A DNA stretch of 64,000 bases. Source: an uncultured cyanobacterium. Its GTDB lineage: Bacteria; Cyanobacteriota; Cyanobacteriia; Phormidesmidales; Phormidesmidaceae. How positions within the stretch are numbered: position 1 is the stretch's first letter; each line of letters begins with the position of its first letter. Below the pieces are notes generated by a model that worked only from the letters and a program-made list of their open reading frames with translations, ran no database searches and was not told the DNA's origin. Positions 1 through 11,679 of the stretch are shown piece after piece. The position numbers were made by a program, and so were the translations under genes. Where the stretch lies: NCBI GenBank assembly GCA_963793265.1, contig CAWBZI010000006.1, positions 1 to 64,000 on the forward strand, in the 5' to 3' direction.

Positions 1-153
1 TAATTGCCAAAATGCTCTAGCAAAGGGTGCTCTACCAAACATTCAATAATCATAAGCAATCAGCTTATCTTTAATAGTGCAAAAAACGGAGTGTATTAGC
101 TTTTTGGTAGACTTGATGCAGTTTGTGATTTTGCAGTAGTGGAGGCTTAAATA

Positions 154-384
154 ATGCCACAAATAGCCATCGATGAATTGCCACAGCCTTTACAAAAGCT
201 GCTACGACAGGCTGAGGAAACCAGTAGCCCACTAACGATCACTCAGTCGGGTAAACCTTTTGCGGTTATCTATCCTGCCAATGTTCAAAGGTCACGTCCT
301 CTCTTCGGGTTTATGCAAGGAACGGGTGAAGTAAACGGTGATATTGTTGCGCCTATAGAACAGGACTGGGATGTTTTGCAGTGA
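154..384 (+). CDS. Phd/YefM-family antitoxin
   Basis: 76 aa with 'LTITQSGKPFAVIYP' Phd-like motif; GGAGG RBS; stop overlaps the GTG of the PIN gene (GTGA). Confidence 0.8.
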   Translation: MPQIAIDELPQPLQKLLRQAEETSSPLTITQSGKPFAVIYPANVQRSRPLFGFMQGTGEVNGDIVAPIEQDWDVLQ

Positions 385-785
385 AGCTGCTACTAGATAC
401 TCATATCTGGCTTTGGTACGGGCTCGGCAGCTTGAAGCTACCTGAAAATTTGAGAGATATCATTGCCGATGCAAGCAATGAGCTGTGAATTAGTCCTATT
501 AGCGTTTGGGAAGCGTTACTACTGGCAGAGAAAGGAAGGATCACGCTGGAACCAGATTCGATTGAATGGATAAAAGCGAACTTGCGATCGCTGGGTGCCT
601 ATGAGGCAACACTCACCCACAACATTGCTGTTTTGAGTCGTCGGATTGCTTGCCCTCACAAAGATCCGGCAGATCGCTTTATTGCAGCAACGGCAGTTCA
701 CTACAACCTAAAGCTGGTGACAGTCGATCAAAACCTGATCGACACGCCCCTGCTAGACATTGTTGATAGCTCGTTTGGTAAATAG
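381..785 (+). pseudogene. VapC/PIN-domain toxin with in-frame nonsense codon
   Basis: GTG381 reads MKLLLDTHIWLW...SNEL*ISPISVWE...HKDPADRFIAATA; TGA at 486-488 and the frame continues to TAG 785. Confidence 0.85.
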
Positions 786-920
786 AGCCATAAATCTACC
801 AGATAAAATTGATAATAGCCGTGAGCAACCGCGCTCAACATACGGAATTCTCAATCAAAAAGCCACACACGCCTGGATAAAGATAGTGCAGGGAGCTTCT
901 CACTAAAAACCTAAGGTTAG

Positions 921-1559
921 CTACCTTGTGTCAGCATTTTCCATCTGTTCATATCGTAGCGGCTTCACCCAGGCAATGTAGGCCAAGATTAAAAGCGCCA
1001 CGCCACTAGCTGGCCCAATGAAAAGGTGAAACACCTGATTGCCTGTGGCAATCAAGGCAATGCCAAACCCTAATGCAATCACGTTTGAAAACAGTAAGTA
1101 GAGAAACACGCGCCAGTCTTTCATCACGGCGTACCACTTGTACACAAACACTATCGCCACAATTAACTGTGGAATCTGAATCAGGCTTTTGCTGTCGTTA
1201 GCGCCATAGATCAGCGGCGTTGCGACCATGCAAGCAATCACTGCGATATCTAGCAGCGTGTTCTTCTTTAATCCCAGAGCGATAAAGCCGACGCCGAACA
1301 CAATAAAGCTGTAGAACAGATTGTTCAGTTCCGATAGCTGGCTAACGTAGAACCAATCGTCGTTCATGTGCTCTGCTACTTCGTAGGATGTTGCGATAGC
1401 AAAGCAAGCATAGCCCCAGTAAATGCTGGGCAAAGATCGTAGCTTTAGCGTGTGGCGATAAAAGTCGCTGCGCTGTGAGAAGACCCAAATGCTGATGGCT
1501 ACGACCGCATAGACTGAGAAATGGGCAAGGGCGATCGCAAACTTCAATCCAAAAGACAT
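921..1559 (-). CDS. multi-pass membrane protein, function unknown
   Basis: About 7 hydrophobic segments; ATG1559 preferred because the longer ORF start overlaps the psbA terminator. Confidence 0.7.
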   Translation of the reverse strand: MSFGLKFAIALAHFSVYAVVAISIWVFSQRSDFYRHTLKLRSLPSIYWGYACFAIATSYEVAEHMNDDWFYVSQLSELNNLFYSFIVFGVGFIALGLKKNTLLDIAVIACMVATPLIYGANDSKSLIQIPQLIVAIVFVYKWYAVMKDWRVFLYLLFSNVIALGFGIALIATGNQVFHLFIGPASGVALLILAYIAWVKPLRYEQMENADTR

Positions 1560-1613
1560 TGTTTCTGGTGCTCTATAAACTTTGACCGGGCTAATCTCAT
1601 TTAATACAAACAC

Positions 1614-1661
1614 AAAAAAGCCCCCGCACACCCATCAGAAGACGGGGTACGGGGGCTTTTT
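1614..1661 (-). terminator. intrinsic terminator after psbA
   Basis: AAAAAGCCCCCG...CGGGGGCTTTTT inverted repeat with T/A tails on both sides. Confidence 0.8.
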
Positions 1662-1696
1662 GTCAGCTAGTTAAAGCTAATGGAGTAATCAGACGA

Positions 1697-2779
1697 CTAC
1701 GCAGCAATCGAAGGAGCAGTCAAAGCTACAGGGGCAGCTTCGCCAGCAGCCAAGTCAAGCGGGAAGTTGTGAGCATTGCGCTCGTGCATTACTTCCATAC
1801 CCAAGTTGGCACGGTTCAGAACATCTGCCCAGCTACCAATCACGCGACCTTGTGAGTCGATGATCGACTGGTTGAAGTTGAACCCGTTCAGGTTGAACGC
1901 CATCGTGCTGATGCCCAATGCGGTAAACCAGATGCCAACTACTGGCCATGCACCCAACAAGAAGTGGAGGCTACGGCTGTTGTTGAACGAGGCGTACTGG
2001 AAGATTAGACGACCGAAGTAGCCGTGCGCTGCAACGATGTTGTATGTCTCTTCTTCTTGACCAAACTTGTAGCCGTAGTTCTGTGACTCAGTTTCTGTCG
2101 TCTCACGTACCAACGAAGAGGTTACGAGTGAGCCGTGCATTGCTGAGAACAATGAACCACCGAATACACCAGCAACGCCCAACATGTGGAAGGGGTGCAT
2201 CAAGATGTTGTGCTCTGCTTGGAACACCAACATGAAGTTGAATGTACCCGAGATACCCAAAGGCATCCCGTCAGAGAACGAACCTTGACCCAAGGGGTAG
2301 ATCAAGAACACTGCTGTTGCCGCTGCGACTGGCGCAGAGTAAGCAACACAGATCCAAGGACGCATACCGAGGCGGTAGGATAGCTCCCACTCACGACCCA
2401 TGTAGCAGAAGACGCCGATGAGGAAGTGGAAGATGACCAGCTGGTAAGGGCCGCCGTTGTAGAGCCACTCGTCAAGAGAAGCTGCTTCCCAGATGGGGTA
2501 GAAGTGGAGGCCAATGGCGTTAGAAGAAGGCACAACCGCACCAGAGATGATGTTGTTGCCGTACATCAATGAACCTGCAACAGGCTCACGGATGCCGTCG
2601 ATGTCCACAGGAGGCGCAGCGATGAACGCGATTACGAAACATGCGGTAGCAGCGAGTAGTGTAGGAATCATCAAGACGCCGAACCAGCCAACATAGAGGC
2701 GGTTCTCGGTGCTTGTGACCCACTGACAAAACTGCTCCCACAGAGAGGCGCTTTGGCGCGTCTGTAGTGTAGTAGTCAT
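1697..2779 (-). CDS. psbA: photosystem II D1 protein, Glu130 (D1:2, high-light-type) form
   Basis: Canonical 360-aa D1; MGREWE (E130); Mn ligands in SDG, QAEH, MHERNAH and LDLA are present. Confidence 0.99.
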   Translation of the reverse strand: MTTTLQTRQSASLWEQFCQWVTSTENRLYVGWFGVLMIPTLLAATACFVIAFIAAPPVDIDGIREPVAGSLMYGNNIISGAVVPSSNAIGLHFYPIWEAASLDEWLYNGGPYQLVIFHFLIGVFCYMGREWELSYRLGMRPWICVAYSAPVAAATAVFLIYPLGQGSFSDGMPLGISGTFNFMLVFQAEHNILMHPFHMLGVAGVFGGSLFSAMHGSLVTSSLVRETTETESQNYGYKFGQEEETYNIVAAHGYFGRLIFQYASFNNSRSLHFLLGAWPVVGIWFTALGISTMAFNLNGFNFNQSIIDSQGRVIGSWADVLNRANLGMEVMHERNAHNFPLDLAAGEAAPVALTAPSIAA

Positions 2780-2961
2780 GGTTATTATTCCGGTAGTTAG
2801 GTACGTATTAGAGGCGGAACGCTCGTAAACCCAAAAGAAGTAAACTTGTGTTTCGCTCTGTTAATAATATAAGTGACTGTGTGAAGAAAAACATCTTCCT
2901 TAAGATTTTATTCGGTATTGGTGCGGTGGGCGATCGCACTCCCTTCACTTCCGCCCTCATT

Positions 2962-4437
2962 CTAGAAGTCAAAGTATATATAAGACGAGGCTTCTGATGG
3001 TGCTAACACCCAGGCCAGGTAAAAACAAACCGGCAGTAGCAACACCTTAATCGGCCAGCTCAACTGCAATTTCAGCCCACGCTGAACAGCATAGGCAACC
3101 CCCATCGCCGCCACCACACCCGACAGCAACAGCGTAATTTGCGGGCGGCTGAGCCCAAAAGACTCGTAATACACCTTCTGCGCGAACTGAATATCGGCAG
3201 AGTGGAAAAACAGATGACGCATTGCCAAACCAGCATCCGTTAGATTGGGTAGTCGGAAAAAGATCCAGCTAAAGAACACCGTGAGCTGAGTAATTGCCCA
3301 GGCGCAGATAATGCCGGGAATGCTCGTCCAAAAAGTAGTTAGCAGCTTCGAGCGCGCAGAGAACGATTCATTCAGTCGGTGGATGATCAGCGCAAAGCCG
3401 TGAATTGCGCCCCACACAATGAAGCCCCAGCGATCGCCATGCCAAACCCCAGCAATCAGCATCACAATCATCAAATTAATGCAGGTTCGCGCTAACCCTC
3501 GCCGTGAGCCACCCAGCGGGAAATACAGGTAGTTTCGCAGCCAGTCGCCCAGCGTGATATGCCAGCGCCGCCAAAAGCCCGCAATGCTCGTCGCGAAATA
3601 AGGAAAGTTGAAGTTCTGCGGCAGGTTAAAGCCCAACAGCAGCGCACTACCTCGCGCCAAATCCACATAGCCGCTGAAGTCGAGGTAAAGCTGTAGCCCA
3701 TAGGCAAACGCCAGCAGCCAGATGTCGCCACTGCCCGCCCGTGGCAAGCTGCTCGCGCTTGCATTCACCAGCAGCCCAATATGGTCGGCAATCAGCAGCT
3801 TTTTCACCGCCCCTGAGGCAATCAGCCATAGCCCTTCAGACACCTGACTTAGCGGCGGCAGCGTTTGCCCCTTCATCTGCGCCGTGAAGCCGTGAAAGCG
3901 CGTAATCGGCCCCGAAATCAGCTTCGGGAAAAACATTTTATAGGCTGCAAACTCCCATAGCTGCTCGCTTGCAGGCGAGCCCCGGTACACGTCTACTAAG
4001 TAGGCAATACACTCAAACGCAAAAAAGCTCAGTCCTAGCGGCATCACCCAGCCAGCGATCGGGCCTGCGGCTTCATCCGGCGTCAGCGAGGTTAACAAAG
4101 GTGAAAAATACTTGAATCCCAGCAGCAGCGCCACATTTAAGAAAATCCCTACGCATAACAACCGGGTTCGACGATTTTTCCAGTCGGCCTGAGCAAACTG
4201 CCAGGCTTCATTCGGAATTCGCCAGTCTAAGGGGGTGCCCAGCGCCTTCCCGATGAAAAAGTTAATGCCTACCAGCACCAGCATTAGCGGGATGTAGTGA
4301 AACTGCTGGAGCGAGGCGTAAAAGTACAGGCTGCTCATCAGCATGACCCAGGCTTTGGACTGCTTACCAGGCATCAGCCAGTAGAGCAAAACCACGCCAG
4401 CTAAAAAGAAACCGTAGAGAATAGACGGCAGAGTCAT
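2962..4437 (-). CDS. MBOAT family O-acyltransferase (AlgI/DltB-like)
   Basis: FPKLISGPI, YLDFSGY, FWRRWHITL and GVWHG motifs; C-terminal YIYFDF. Confidence 0.92.
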   Translation of the reverse strand: MTLPSILYGFFLAGVVLLYWLMPGKQSKAWVMLMSSLYFYASLQQFHYIPLMLVLVGINFFIGKALGTPLDWRIPNEAWQFAQADWKNRRTRLLCVGIFLNVALLLGFKYFSPLLTSLTPDEAAGPIAGWVMPLGLSFFAFECIAYLVDVYRGSPASEQLWEFAAYKMFFPKLISGPITRFHGFTAQMKGQTLPPLSQVSEGLWLIASGAVKKLLIADHIGLLVNASASSLPRAGSGDIWLLAFAYGLQLYLDFSGYVDLARGSALLLGFNLPQNFNFPYFATSIAGFWRRWHITLGDWLRNYLYFPLGGSRRGLARTCINLMIVMLIAGVWHGDRWGFIVWGAIHGFALIIHRLNESFSARSKLLTTFWTSIPGIICAWAITQLTVFFSWIFFRLPNLTDAGLAMRHLFFHSADIQFAQKVYYESFGLSRPQITLLLSGVVAAMGVAYAVQRGLKLQLSWPIKVLLLPVCFYLAWVLAPSEASSYIYFDF

Positions 4438-4500
4438 AGGAAAAAGGAGGTGTGAGGCGCAGCTTGTTTAAAGCTAAGAGCGAAACCAGAAGATAGAAGC

Positions 4501-7500
4501 TTACTCAGTCTCAGGCGGCAGGGGTTGGGGCCATGAGATTAGCGGGTCTTGAGCTAACCGGCCAGAGACTTGGTAGGCCCCGTAGCGGTTGAGGTGGCTA
4601 GGGTCTGAAAAATAGTCGTAGCGCTGAGGCCAGAGCCTGCCAAAATCACGGAAAATCATCGCCCCCGTACGCTCTGACATCTGCACCATATGCTGTCGAA
4701 ATGAAACTTCAGCCCGAGCGCGGTAGTTGTCGAGGTATTCGTCGGTCAGCGGCGTGTTGATAAAGATTACTGGCACGTCTGCAGCCGCCGTAAAGCTCAG
4801 CAGATTTCGGGTTGCATCGGCCTGCTTACCTTCCAGGCGAAAATCTTTGTAGTCGCCATCGTAAGCGCCTTTTACAACCGCGTGATCCTGGTAGTAAGTC
4901 GCAGGATTGAAGCGGGTCGAGAGCGCTAAAAAGCCATCGAAGTCGATCAGACTGGTTTCGGTGGGTGCCCCAGTCGGCGTGTCGCCAGACTGAGTGCTGC
5001 TACTGCTGGAGAAGTCGGGCGCGATCGCCCCAAACCCCTGCCCCAAAGCCGACCGAATCTTCCCCCGATACGTATATCCCGAAGACACCTGCCCCAGCAG
5101 CTCGCTCATCTGCCGGTCTGCTGCTGTCGCCCGCTCGCTCAGCAGCTCAGAAATGCTGCCCAGCGCCAGATCATTGATGCCACCGGGCGTATCACTGGCC
5201 TCTAGCTGTCGGTAGCCCTCTGAAGCAGCGATCGCATTAAACGTCACATCCACCCGACCGCTATTAAACGCCCGCGCTCCGTCAGCCCACACGATCATCT
5301 GCGGTAGCTGGTCGGGCGGAATCAGCCGCCGCACAATCAAATCCACCACCTGCGCTGTTGCGCCATTCACGCCGAAATTAAAAATATTCAGGCCATCGTA
5401 CCCGCTCGCGCCCAATGCCTGTTGCAGCGCCGCCGGATCAACCCCGCGCAGCGCCCGAGAGCTGCCAATGACCAGCACGTCCGGCGGGCCAGACTGAGCC
5501 ACCCGGCGTCGATACAGCGCCAGCTTTTCATCTAGCTGCTGACTGCTAAACGTCGGCAGCGTAGAGCCCGCTAGCAGCGATGAGGTAGACACAAATTCTT
5601 GCTGCGGGCTGTAGACCAGCTCGCCATCGTTAATCGCGGAGGCCGTGAAGTCATGACTGCCAAAGTCGTCTGTATTCGTCTCGCCCCAAACCTCAAGATC
5701 CTCTCGGTTCGCGTTCCAATCTAGGCCCGCTAGCTCTTCATCAAAAATATTAGGCTTAACAGGCACCGTCTCCGGTACTCGCTGGCTGCTAGCACCACTA
5801 TCAACCGGAACCTGGGCCGTTTTCACCACCTCTGGTATTGCCGCCTGGCGCAATGCCTGACCCACCATAAAGTCAAACTGAACGGCCAAAAACAGCCCCA
5901 CCGCGCCCCAAACCAAAGCCATTTTTCCACCTTCGGCCTGAAAAGCCTTGGGCAGCGTTTTGGAAGGCAGGCTAGCAGGCAGTTGCGAACTCAAACCACT
6001 GCTTTCCTCTGCCGGAACAAACATCTGACTTTTCACCATTGCGAACTGCAAAGCCCGCTTAATGACCGCCGTCAGCTTAATATCTTCAGCCTCATCAGCC
6101 GTACCCTCAGCTAGGCTATCGCTACCTACAGAGGTAATTAACTCACCAACATAAGCCTCAGAAGCAGCAAACTCAGGCTTCGCCTCCGGCACCATTCGCT
6201 GCCGCAGCTTATAGTCCTGCCCATACGTCCAAATCGGCTGCTTTTGCCCCGCCCGCCGACCGTAGAGCCGGATGCCTTCTGCCAGCTCAAGCGCGTTAAT
6301 CGGCTCTAGGGTTTGATTGACCAGCGGCACAATGGCATTTTTAGGTGGACACACTGGCCCATCGGCCATAATATGCAGCAGCCGGTCTTTGAGCAAAAGC
6401 TGAACGCGAATACCGCCGGTTGCAAGCTGATCTTTGATATCTGGGTTGAGCGATCGCGTCAAACAGTAGGCCAGCGCCTGCATATCACCTTTACTAGCAA
6501 GGGCGATCGCACTTTCTGCCAGCTCAGGCTTTTCAGCCGCAGGCAGCTCAATACCGCGCAGCCATTCAGGACTAATGTCGTCAGTAGAAGGCCCATAGAC
6601 CATCGCCCGATGAACGCCTTGCGGCGCGATCGCCTGCAACATCGCCCCCACATCACTCACCAGCCCGTCGATGTCCGCCTTGTGCCCAGTGCCAACCGCC
6701 TCCACCGACTTCACCACATCGCTGAGCGCATAGCTAATCAGGTGCAGCGTCTCTTTTTTACACTCCGTCACCAGCTTCAGGCCATAGCGCCGTGAAACGT
6801 GGTTCACCAGCATCGAAAGCGCGGGCACATCACCCCAACGACCCCACTCCCGCAACATTTCTTCTGGCGGGGTCAAATCCACCCGCAGTCGCCAGTCAGA
6901 GGCGGCCTCGCCCGTCACCTGAATGGTAATTACCGCATCTTGAAACTGTCGCAGGTGAAGCTGACGCAGCCGTTCAGCAATCGGCTCAGCAATCAGCAGC
7001 GGGTCTGGGCTATAGCTGGCTTCACAAAACACCCACAGCCGAGAAACAACTTCACTAGCTGATGCTTGAGTGTCTAATTTGTCTTTGCTGTTTGACTCAC
7101 TAGCTGAGTTATCTACAACCGAGTCAGATATCTCACTAGCTGATTCACTGGCTGACTCACTAGCCGATGCTAGAGGCTGAATCGCCATCACAGCTTTTGC
7201 CCGACGCGCTTTGCCAGGCACCACACGCGCGCTGACTTTCACACCCACGTTCAGCGCGCTTAGCGCCTCACTCAGGTACCGGGCGATCGCCCCCGAATCT
7301 CCCTGACGCGCTAGGCTAATATCCGAAAGCTGCTCAACTGAAACCGAAACCGCCGTCGAACCAGGAGCCTCACCAGTCGCAGTCTCGACAGTGCCCGCTA
7401 GCTTTGCCTGCTGAGCCACATAGGCCACCGCCTCAGCATCGCTAGCACCTTGAACCAGCCGTTCTAAATGCTTCTCTAGCCGATTGAGATAGATTGGCGC

Positions 7501-7809
7501 GCTCCACAGCGGCTTAGCATCGCGCGCTTTGCGGCTGTAGACATAAACCTGATAGATTTGCGGATACTCAGCTTCGAGCCGGGCTTTTACCTCGGGCTGC
7601 ATGAGCGATCGCACCAGCCGCATCAGCACATACTCGCGGGCTAAGGCGGCCTGCGTAGACTCACACAAAACATGCAGAATATTACCCCGCAGCCTGACCT
7701 GAATTTTCGTAGTCGCACCGTCTTCTGGGCGCAAGACAACCGCCCTGAGCCAAGGGATCAGCGCAGCCGGAGCGGCTTGATCAGATTGTTTGGGGGGATG
7801 ACCTAACAT
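4501..7809 (-). CDS. large membrane-anchored protein with C-terminal SGNH-like (DUF1574-type) domain; MBOAT partner
   Basis: One TM, then IGSSRA, FNFGVNGA and FSDPSHLN motifs; directly upstream of the MBOAT; start uncertain (7809 or 7854). Confidence 0.75.
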   Translation of the reverse strand: MLGHPPKQSDQAAPAALIPWLRAVVLRPEDGATTKIQVRLRGNILHVLCESTQAALAREYVLMRLVRSLMQPEVKARLEAEYPQIYQVYVYSRKARDAKPLWSAPIYLNRLEKHLERLVQGASDAEAVAYVAQQAKLAGTVETATGEAPGSTAVSVSVEQLSDISLARQGDSGAIARYLSEALSALNVGVKVSARVVPGKARRAKAVMAIQPLASASESASESASEISDSVVDNSASESNSKDKLDTQASASEVVSRLWVFCEASYSPDPLLIAEPIAERLRQLHLRQFQDAVITIQVTGEAASDWRLRVDLTPPEEMLREWGRWGDVPALSMLVNHVSRRYGLKLVTECKKETLHLISYALSDVVKSVEAVGTGHKADIDGLVSDVGAMLQAIAPQGVHRAMVYGPSTDDISPEWLRGIELPAAEKPELAESAIALASKGDMQALAYCLTRSLNPDIKDQLATGGIRVQLLLKDRLLHIMADGPVCPPKNAIVPLVNQTLEPINALELAEGIRLYGRRAGQKQPIWTYGQDYKLRQRMVPEAKPEFAASEAYVGELITSVGSDSLAEGTADEAEDIKLTAVIKRALQFAMVKSQMFVPAEESSGLSSQLPASLPSKTLPKAFQAEGGKMALVWGAVGLFLAVQFDFMVGQALRQAAIPEVVKTAQVPVDSGASSQRVPETVPVKPNIFDEELAGLDWNANREDLEVWGETNTDDFGSHDFTASAINDGELVYSPQQEFVSTSSLLAGSTLPTFSSQQLDEKLALYRRRVAQSGPPDVLVIGSSRALRGVDPAALQQALGASGYDGLNIFNFGVNGATAQVVDLIVRRLIPPDQLPQMIVWADGARAFNSGRVDVTFNAIAASEGYRQLEASDTPGGINDLALGSISELLSERATAADRQMSELLGQVSSGYTYRGKIRSALGQGFGAIAPDFSSSSSTQSGDTPTGAPTETSLIDFDGFLALSTRFNPATYYQDHAVVKGAYDGDYKDFRLEGKQADATRNLLSFTAAADVPVIFINTPLTDEYLDNYRARAEVSFRQHMVQMSERTGAMIFRDFGRLWPQRYDYFSDPSHLNRYGAYQVSGRLAQDPLISWPQPLPPETE

Positions 7810-8071
7810 TACGTAGCGATAAAAAGAAGAGCCATAGCAAAAGCACAACGCCACGGCGCTCGCTGCATTTTAAGTTACTCCTGTGCATTACGCACGAGTA
7901 GATTTTATGTAACGAGTGCGTAAATTTTCAACCGGTCAAAAGCAGCAACACGTACGTGTGCGCGTTTGATTAGAATGGTTTTTTAAGCGCCCTCTATTAT
8001 CTTCAAAGGCGGTTCAAAAGGCAGAACCTCTCTACTATATACAGACACACAGCATTCAACCGGCTATCTCT

Positions 8072-8284
8072 ATGCAATCTTTTCGTGAACCTTCTAAGCC
8101 CTCGCTTCCTGATCTGTCCGTATCTTTACCCGTCGCCGTAGAGCTGACGATTAGTGCCAGCACGCTACCTCTGCTGGCCTTACTTACAGGTGGACGGGCA
8201 ATCGCTGCTGGTCTAAATGAGCTTGGGCAGGCCAGTGAGGAAATCTTTCGGGGCGATCGCCTGCCGAGCCGTCCTCTGCTGTAG
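8072..8284 (+). CDS. small conserved cyanobacterial hypothetical protein
   Basis: 70 aa with 'LGQASEEIFRGDRLP', a motif I recognise from cyanobacterial hypotheticals. Confidence 0.65.
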   Translation: MQSFREPSKPSLPDLSVSLPVAVELTISASTLPLLALLTGGRAIAAGLNELGQASEEIFRGDRLPSRPLL

Positions 8285-8542
8285 CTCGCGCTCAAAAGCT
8301 AAGGTGTACGAAAAAGAGTGCGGAAAACTACAAAAGCAAAACCAAATAGGTGACTCAATAGTAGGAAGGCTGCTATGACAGCGCGCATCACAGCAAAGTT
8401 GTGCAAACAGCGCGCGCGTTGGCCCCAAAGCCCCTACAATCATTTCGAGCGCTTACGCTCAAAAAGCGACTATTTGCCGCACGCGGGTTCAACGACTTAC
8501 TCGCTAGGCCCTATTCACAAAAGCCCCTATTCGTAAAGCAAC

Positions 8543-11500
8543 ATGCCCACGACTCTGACAGACATCATAGAAAGTTCAGACGTTGAAGTGATTCCGAGGG
8601 TCGCCACCCACGACTGGCTATTGCGCAACCGACTCAAGCGCGTAGAAGAAACCTGGGCCGCTGTGATTAAAGACGAATGCGGCCCCGATTTAGTCGCCCT
8701 GCTTACCCGCCTTAGAAAGCTATGTGCCCCTGACGGCCAGGCCAACGCCGCCGACGCCTCGCCCGTTCTACAGCTGATCGAAGAGCTAGAGCTAAGCGAC
8801 GCCATCAAAATGGCCAGAGCCTTCGCCCTCTACTTTCAGCTCATTAATATCGTTGAGCAGCACTACGAGCAGCGCGGCCAGCAGCAGCAATATCGCGCGG
8901 CCTATGAAGACGCCGCGATCGCAGCCAACGCCCAGCCCGAAGATCATAATGGCCTGACTGATACGCGCCACACAGCCAGCGAACATACCAACAAAAGCGC
9001 CAGTAACGGCCATGTCGAACTAGACAACGCCCATACCGCTTTTGCTTCTGGGGATTCCACCCCAACTGAGCTACCCAACAGTGGAGATGTCGGTACCTTC
9101 TACTGGCTGTTTCCCACCCTCAAGCGGCTAAACGTACCGCCTCAAATGATTCAGCGCCTGCTCGATCAGCTCGACGTGCGGTTAGTATTCACCGCGCACC
9201 CCACCGAGATTGTCCGCCACACTATCCGCGACAAGCAGCGCCGCATTTCAGCCGTCCTCCGCCAGCTAGATCGCGAAGAAGAAAGCGCTCGCGGCATTGG
9301 CCTTGCCTCCTCGTGGGAAATTGAGGCGCTTCAGGCCCAGCTTGTAGAAGAAATTCGGCTGTGGTGGCGAACCGACGAGCTGCATCAGTTCAAACCGTCA
9401 GTACTCGATGAAGTAGACTTCACGCTGCACTACTTCGACGTGGTGCTTTTTGATACTATTCCTCAGCTTTATCAGCGCATCTGTCGGGCGTTGCAAGGCA
9501 CTTTTCCGACGCTAACGCCGCCGAAGCAGAGCTTCTGTCGGTTTGGATCTTGGGTAGGGAGCGATCGCGATGGCAACCCCTCAGTCACCCCTCAAGTCAC
9601 CTGGAAAACCGCCAACTTCCAGCGCAATATGGTGATTGGCAAATACGTTGCCTCCATTAAAAAGCTCACCCACCTGCTAAGCCTGTCGCTGCACTGGAGT
9701 GAAGTGCTGCCCGAACTGCTCGAATCGCTAGAGCAAGACCAAACCCAAATGCCCGAGCTGTATGATGAGCTAGCCATTCGCTACCGGCAGGAGCCCTACC
9801 GGCTAAAGCTCGCCTACATTGAAAAGCGCTTGGAAAACACGCTGACCCGATCTGAAAAGCTCTACAACGGCGAATACCTGCAAGAGCAAGAAACCAACCT
9901 GGATACCGGGCTTGCAAAAGGTCGTATCTACGCTTCTGGCGACGACTTTTTAAGCGAGCTAGAGCTGATCCAAACCAACCTTAAAGAAACTGGCCTGGTT
10001 TGCCAGGATCTTGAAGAACTGATCTGTCAGGTCAGAATTTACGGCTTCAATCTTGCCCAGCTCGATATCCGCCAGGAGAGCACCAACCACTCCGATGCCA
10101 TTAACGAAGTCACCGAATATCTAGGCGTACTCAACGAGCCCTACAACGATCTGTCCGAAGAAAACAAAAACAAGTGGCTAATCAGCGAGCTTTGCACCCG
10201 TAGGCCATTGATTCCCGGCGAACTGCCGTTCTCTGAAAAGACCGTTGAAATCATCCAAACCTTTCGGATGGTGCGCAGGCTACATCAAGAATTTGGCCCC
10301 GGCATTTGCCAGAGCTACATCATCAGCATGAGCCACACCGCCAGCGACTTGCTAGAGGTCGCTTTGCTTGCCAAAGAAGCCGGTCTTTACGATCCGGCAA
10401 CCGGCGTCGGTGCGCTCAAAATCGTGCCTTTGTTTGAAACTGTCAACGACCTGCGGCTGGCCCCTGATGTTATGCGCCAGCTATGGGAGCTACCGCTGTA
10501 TCGGGCGATGCTGCAAGGCGGCTATGAAGCCATAGAGGCGGCTAAAGCTCAGCCAGAAAAGGCCGAGACAGCCTTACAAGAAGTCATGCTGGGCTACTCA
10601 GATAGCAATAAAGACTCAGGTTTCTTGAGCAGCAACTGGGAAATTCATAAGGCCCAGCAAGCTTTGCAGGGCCTCGCCGACAACTACAATGTGGCCCTCA
10701 GAATTTTCCACGGTCGCGGCGGCTCAGTCGGTCGCGGCGGTGGCCCTGCTTACGAGGCAATTTTGGCGCAGCCCGGTCGCAGCGTGGACGGTCGCATCAA
10801 AATTACTGAGCAAGGTGAAGTGCTGGCCTCTAAATACAACCTGCCAGATTTGGCCTTATACAATCTGGAAACGGTGACCACAGCCGTGATTCAGGGCAGT
10901 GTACTCGGCAGCAGCTTTGACAGCATTGAGCCCTGGAACGAGATTATGGAGCGGCTAAGTGTCAGATCGCGCGAACACTACCGCGCCCTCATCTACGAGA
11001 ATCCTGATTTGGTGGAGTTCTTTCATCAGGTTACGCCTGTTCAAGAAATCTCTCAATTGCAAATTAGCTCTCGCCCTGCCCGTCGCAAAGGCAAGCGTAA
11101 TCTAGACGGCCTGCGCGCGATTCCTTGGGTCTTTAGCTGGACGCAAACTCGCTTTTTGCTACCGTCCTGGTATGGCGTGGGCACAGCGCTAAAGGAATTT
11201 ATTGACGAGAATCCTGAAGAGCATTTGGAAATGCTGCGCTATTTTTACTCAAAGTGGCCTTTCTTTAAGATGGTGATCTCTAAAGTAGAAATGACCCTGG
11301 CGAAAGTTGATCTGCAAATTGCGCAGCACTACGTCAGTCAGCTCAGTAGTGACGACAAAATAGAAGACTTCCAGGCGATGTTCGATCAAATTGCCAGTGA
11401 GTTTTATCAAACTCGCGGCGTTGTACTCGATATTACTGAGCATACAAAGCTGCTAGATGGCGACCTAAGCTTGCAGCGATCTGTGCAGCTTAGAAATGGT

Positions 11501-11671
11501 TCGATTGTGCCGCTGAGCTTTTTGCAGGTGGCGCTATTGAAGCGATTGAGAGAATATGGCAACGATGCGGTGACCGGGAGAGTGCGATCGCGCTACAGCA
11601 AAGGCGAACTTTTACGAGGCGCACTGCTCACCATTAACGGCGTTGCAGCCGGTATGCGAAATACAGGCTAG
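8543..11671 (+). CDS. ppc: phosphoenolpyruvate carboxylase
   Basis: [21 protein letters not shown] and [12 protein letters not shown] motifs; C-terminal RNTG. Confidence 0.98.
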   Translation: MPTTLTDIIESSDVEVIPRVATHDWLLRNRLKRVEETWAAVIKDECGPDLVALLTRLRKLCAPDGQANAADASPVLQLIEELELSDAIKMARAFALYFQLINIVEQHYEQRGQQQQYRAAYEDAAIAANAQPEDHNGLTDTRHTASEHTNKSASNGHVELDNAHTAFASGDSTPTELPNSGDVGTFYWLFPTLKRLNVPPQMIQRLLDQLDVRLVFTAHPTEIVRHTIRDKQRRISAVLRQLDREEESARGIGLASSWEIEALQAQLVEEIRLWWRTDELHQFKPSVLDEVDFTLHYFDVVLFDTIPQLYQRICRALQGTFPTLTPPKQSFCRFGSWVGSDRDGNPSVTPQVTWKTANFQRNMVIGKYVASIKKLTHLLSLSLHWSEVLPELLESLEQDQTQMPELYDELAIRYRQEPYRLKLAYIEKRLENTLTRSEKLYNGEYLQEQETNLDTGLAKGRIYASGDDFLSELELIQTNLKETGLVCQDLEELICQVRIYGFNLAQLDIRQESTNHSDAINEVTEYLGVLNEPYNDLSEENKNKWLISELCTRRPLIPGELPFSEKTVEIIQTFRMVRRLHQEFGPGICQSYIISMSHTASDLLEVALLAKEAGLYDPATGVGALKIVPLFETVNDLRLAPDVMRQLWELPLYRAMLQGGYEAIEAAKAQPEKAETALQEVMLGYSDSNKDSGFLSSNWEIHKAQQALQGLADNYNVALRIFHGRGGSVGRGGGPAYEAILAQPGRSVDGRIKITEQGEVLASKYNLPDLALYNLETVTTAVIQGSVLGSSFDSIEPWNEIMERLSVRSREHYRALIYENPDLVEFFHQVTPVQEISQLQISSRPARRKGKRNLDGLRAIPWVFSWTQTRFLLPSWYGVGTALKEFIDENPEEHLEMLRYFYSKWPFFKMVISKVEMTLAKVDLQIAQHYVSQLSSDDKIEDFQAMFDQIASEFYQTRGVVLDITEHTKLLDGDLSLQRSVQLRNGSIVPLSFLQVALLKRLREYGNDAVTGRVRSRYSKGELLRGALLTINGVAAGMRNTG

Positions 11672-11679
11672 GGAACTTC

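Noticed and set aside
921..1559. Rhodopsin next to psbA
   Set aside because: About 7 TM segments, but no DxxxK retinal-binding lysine in the last helix.
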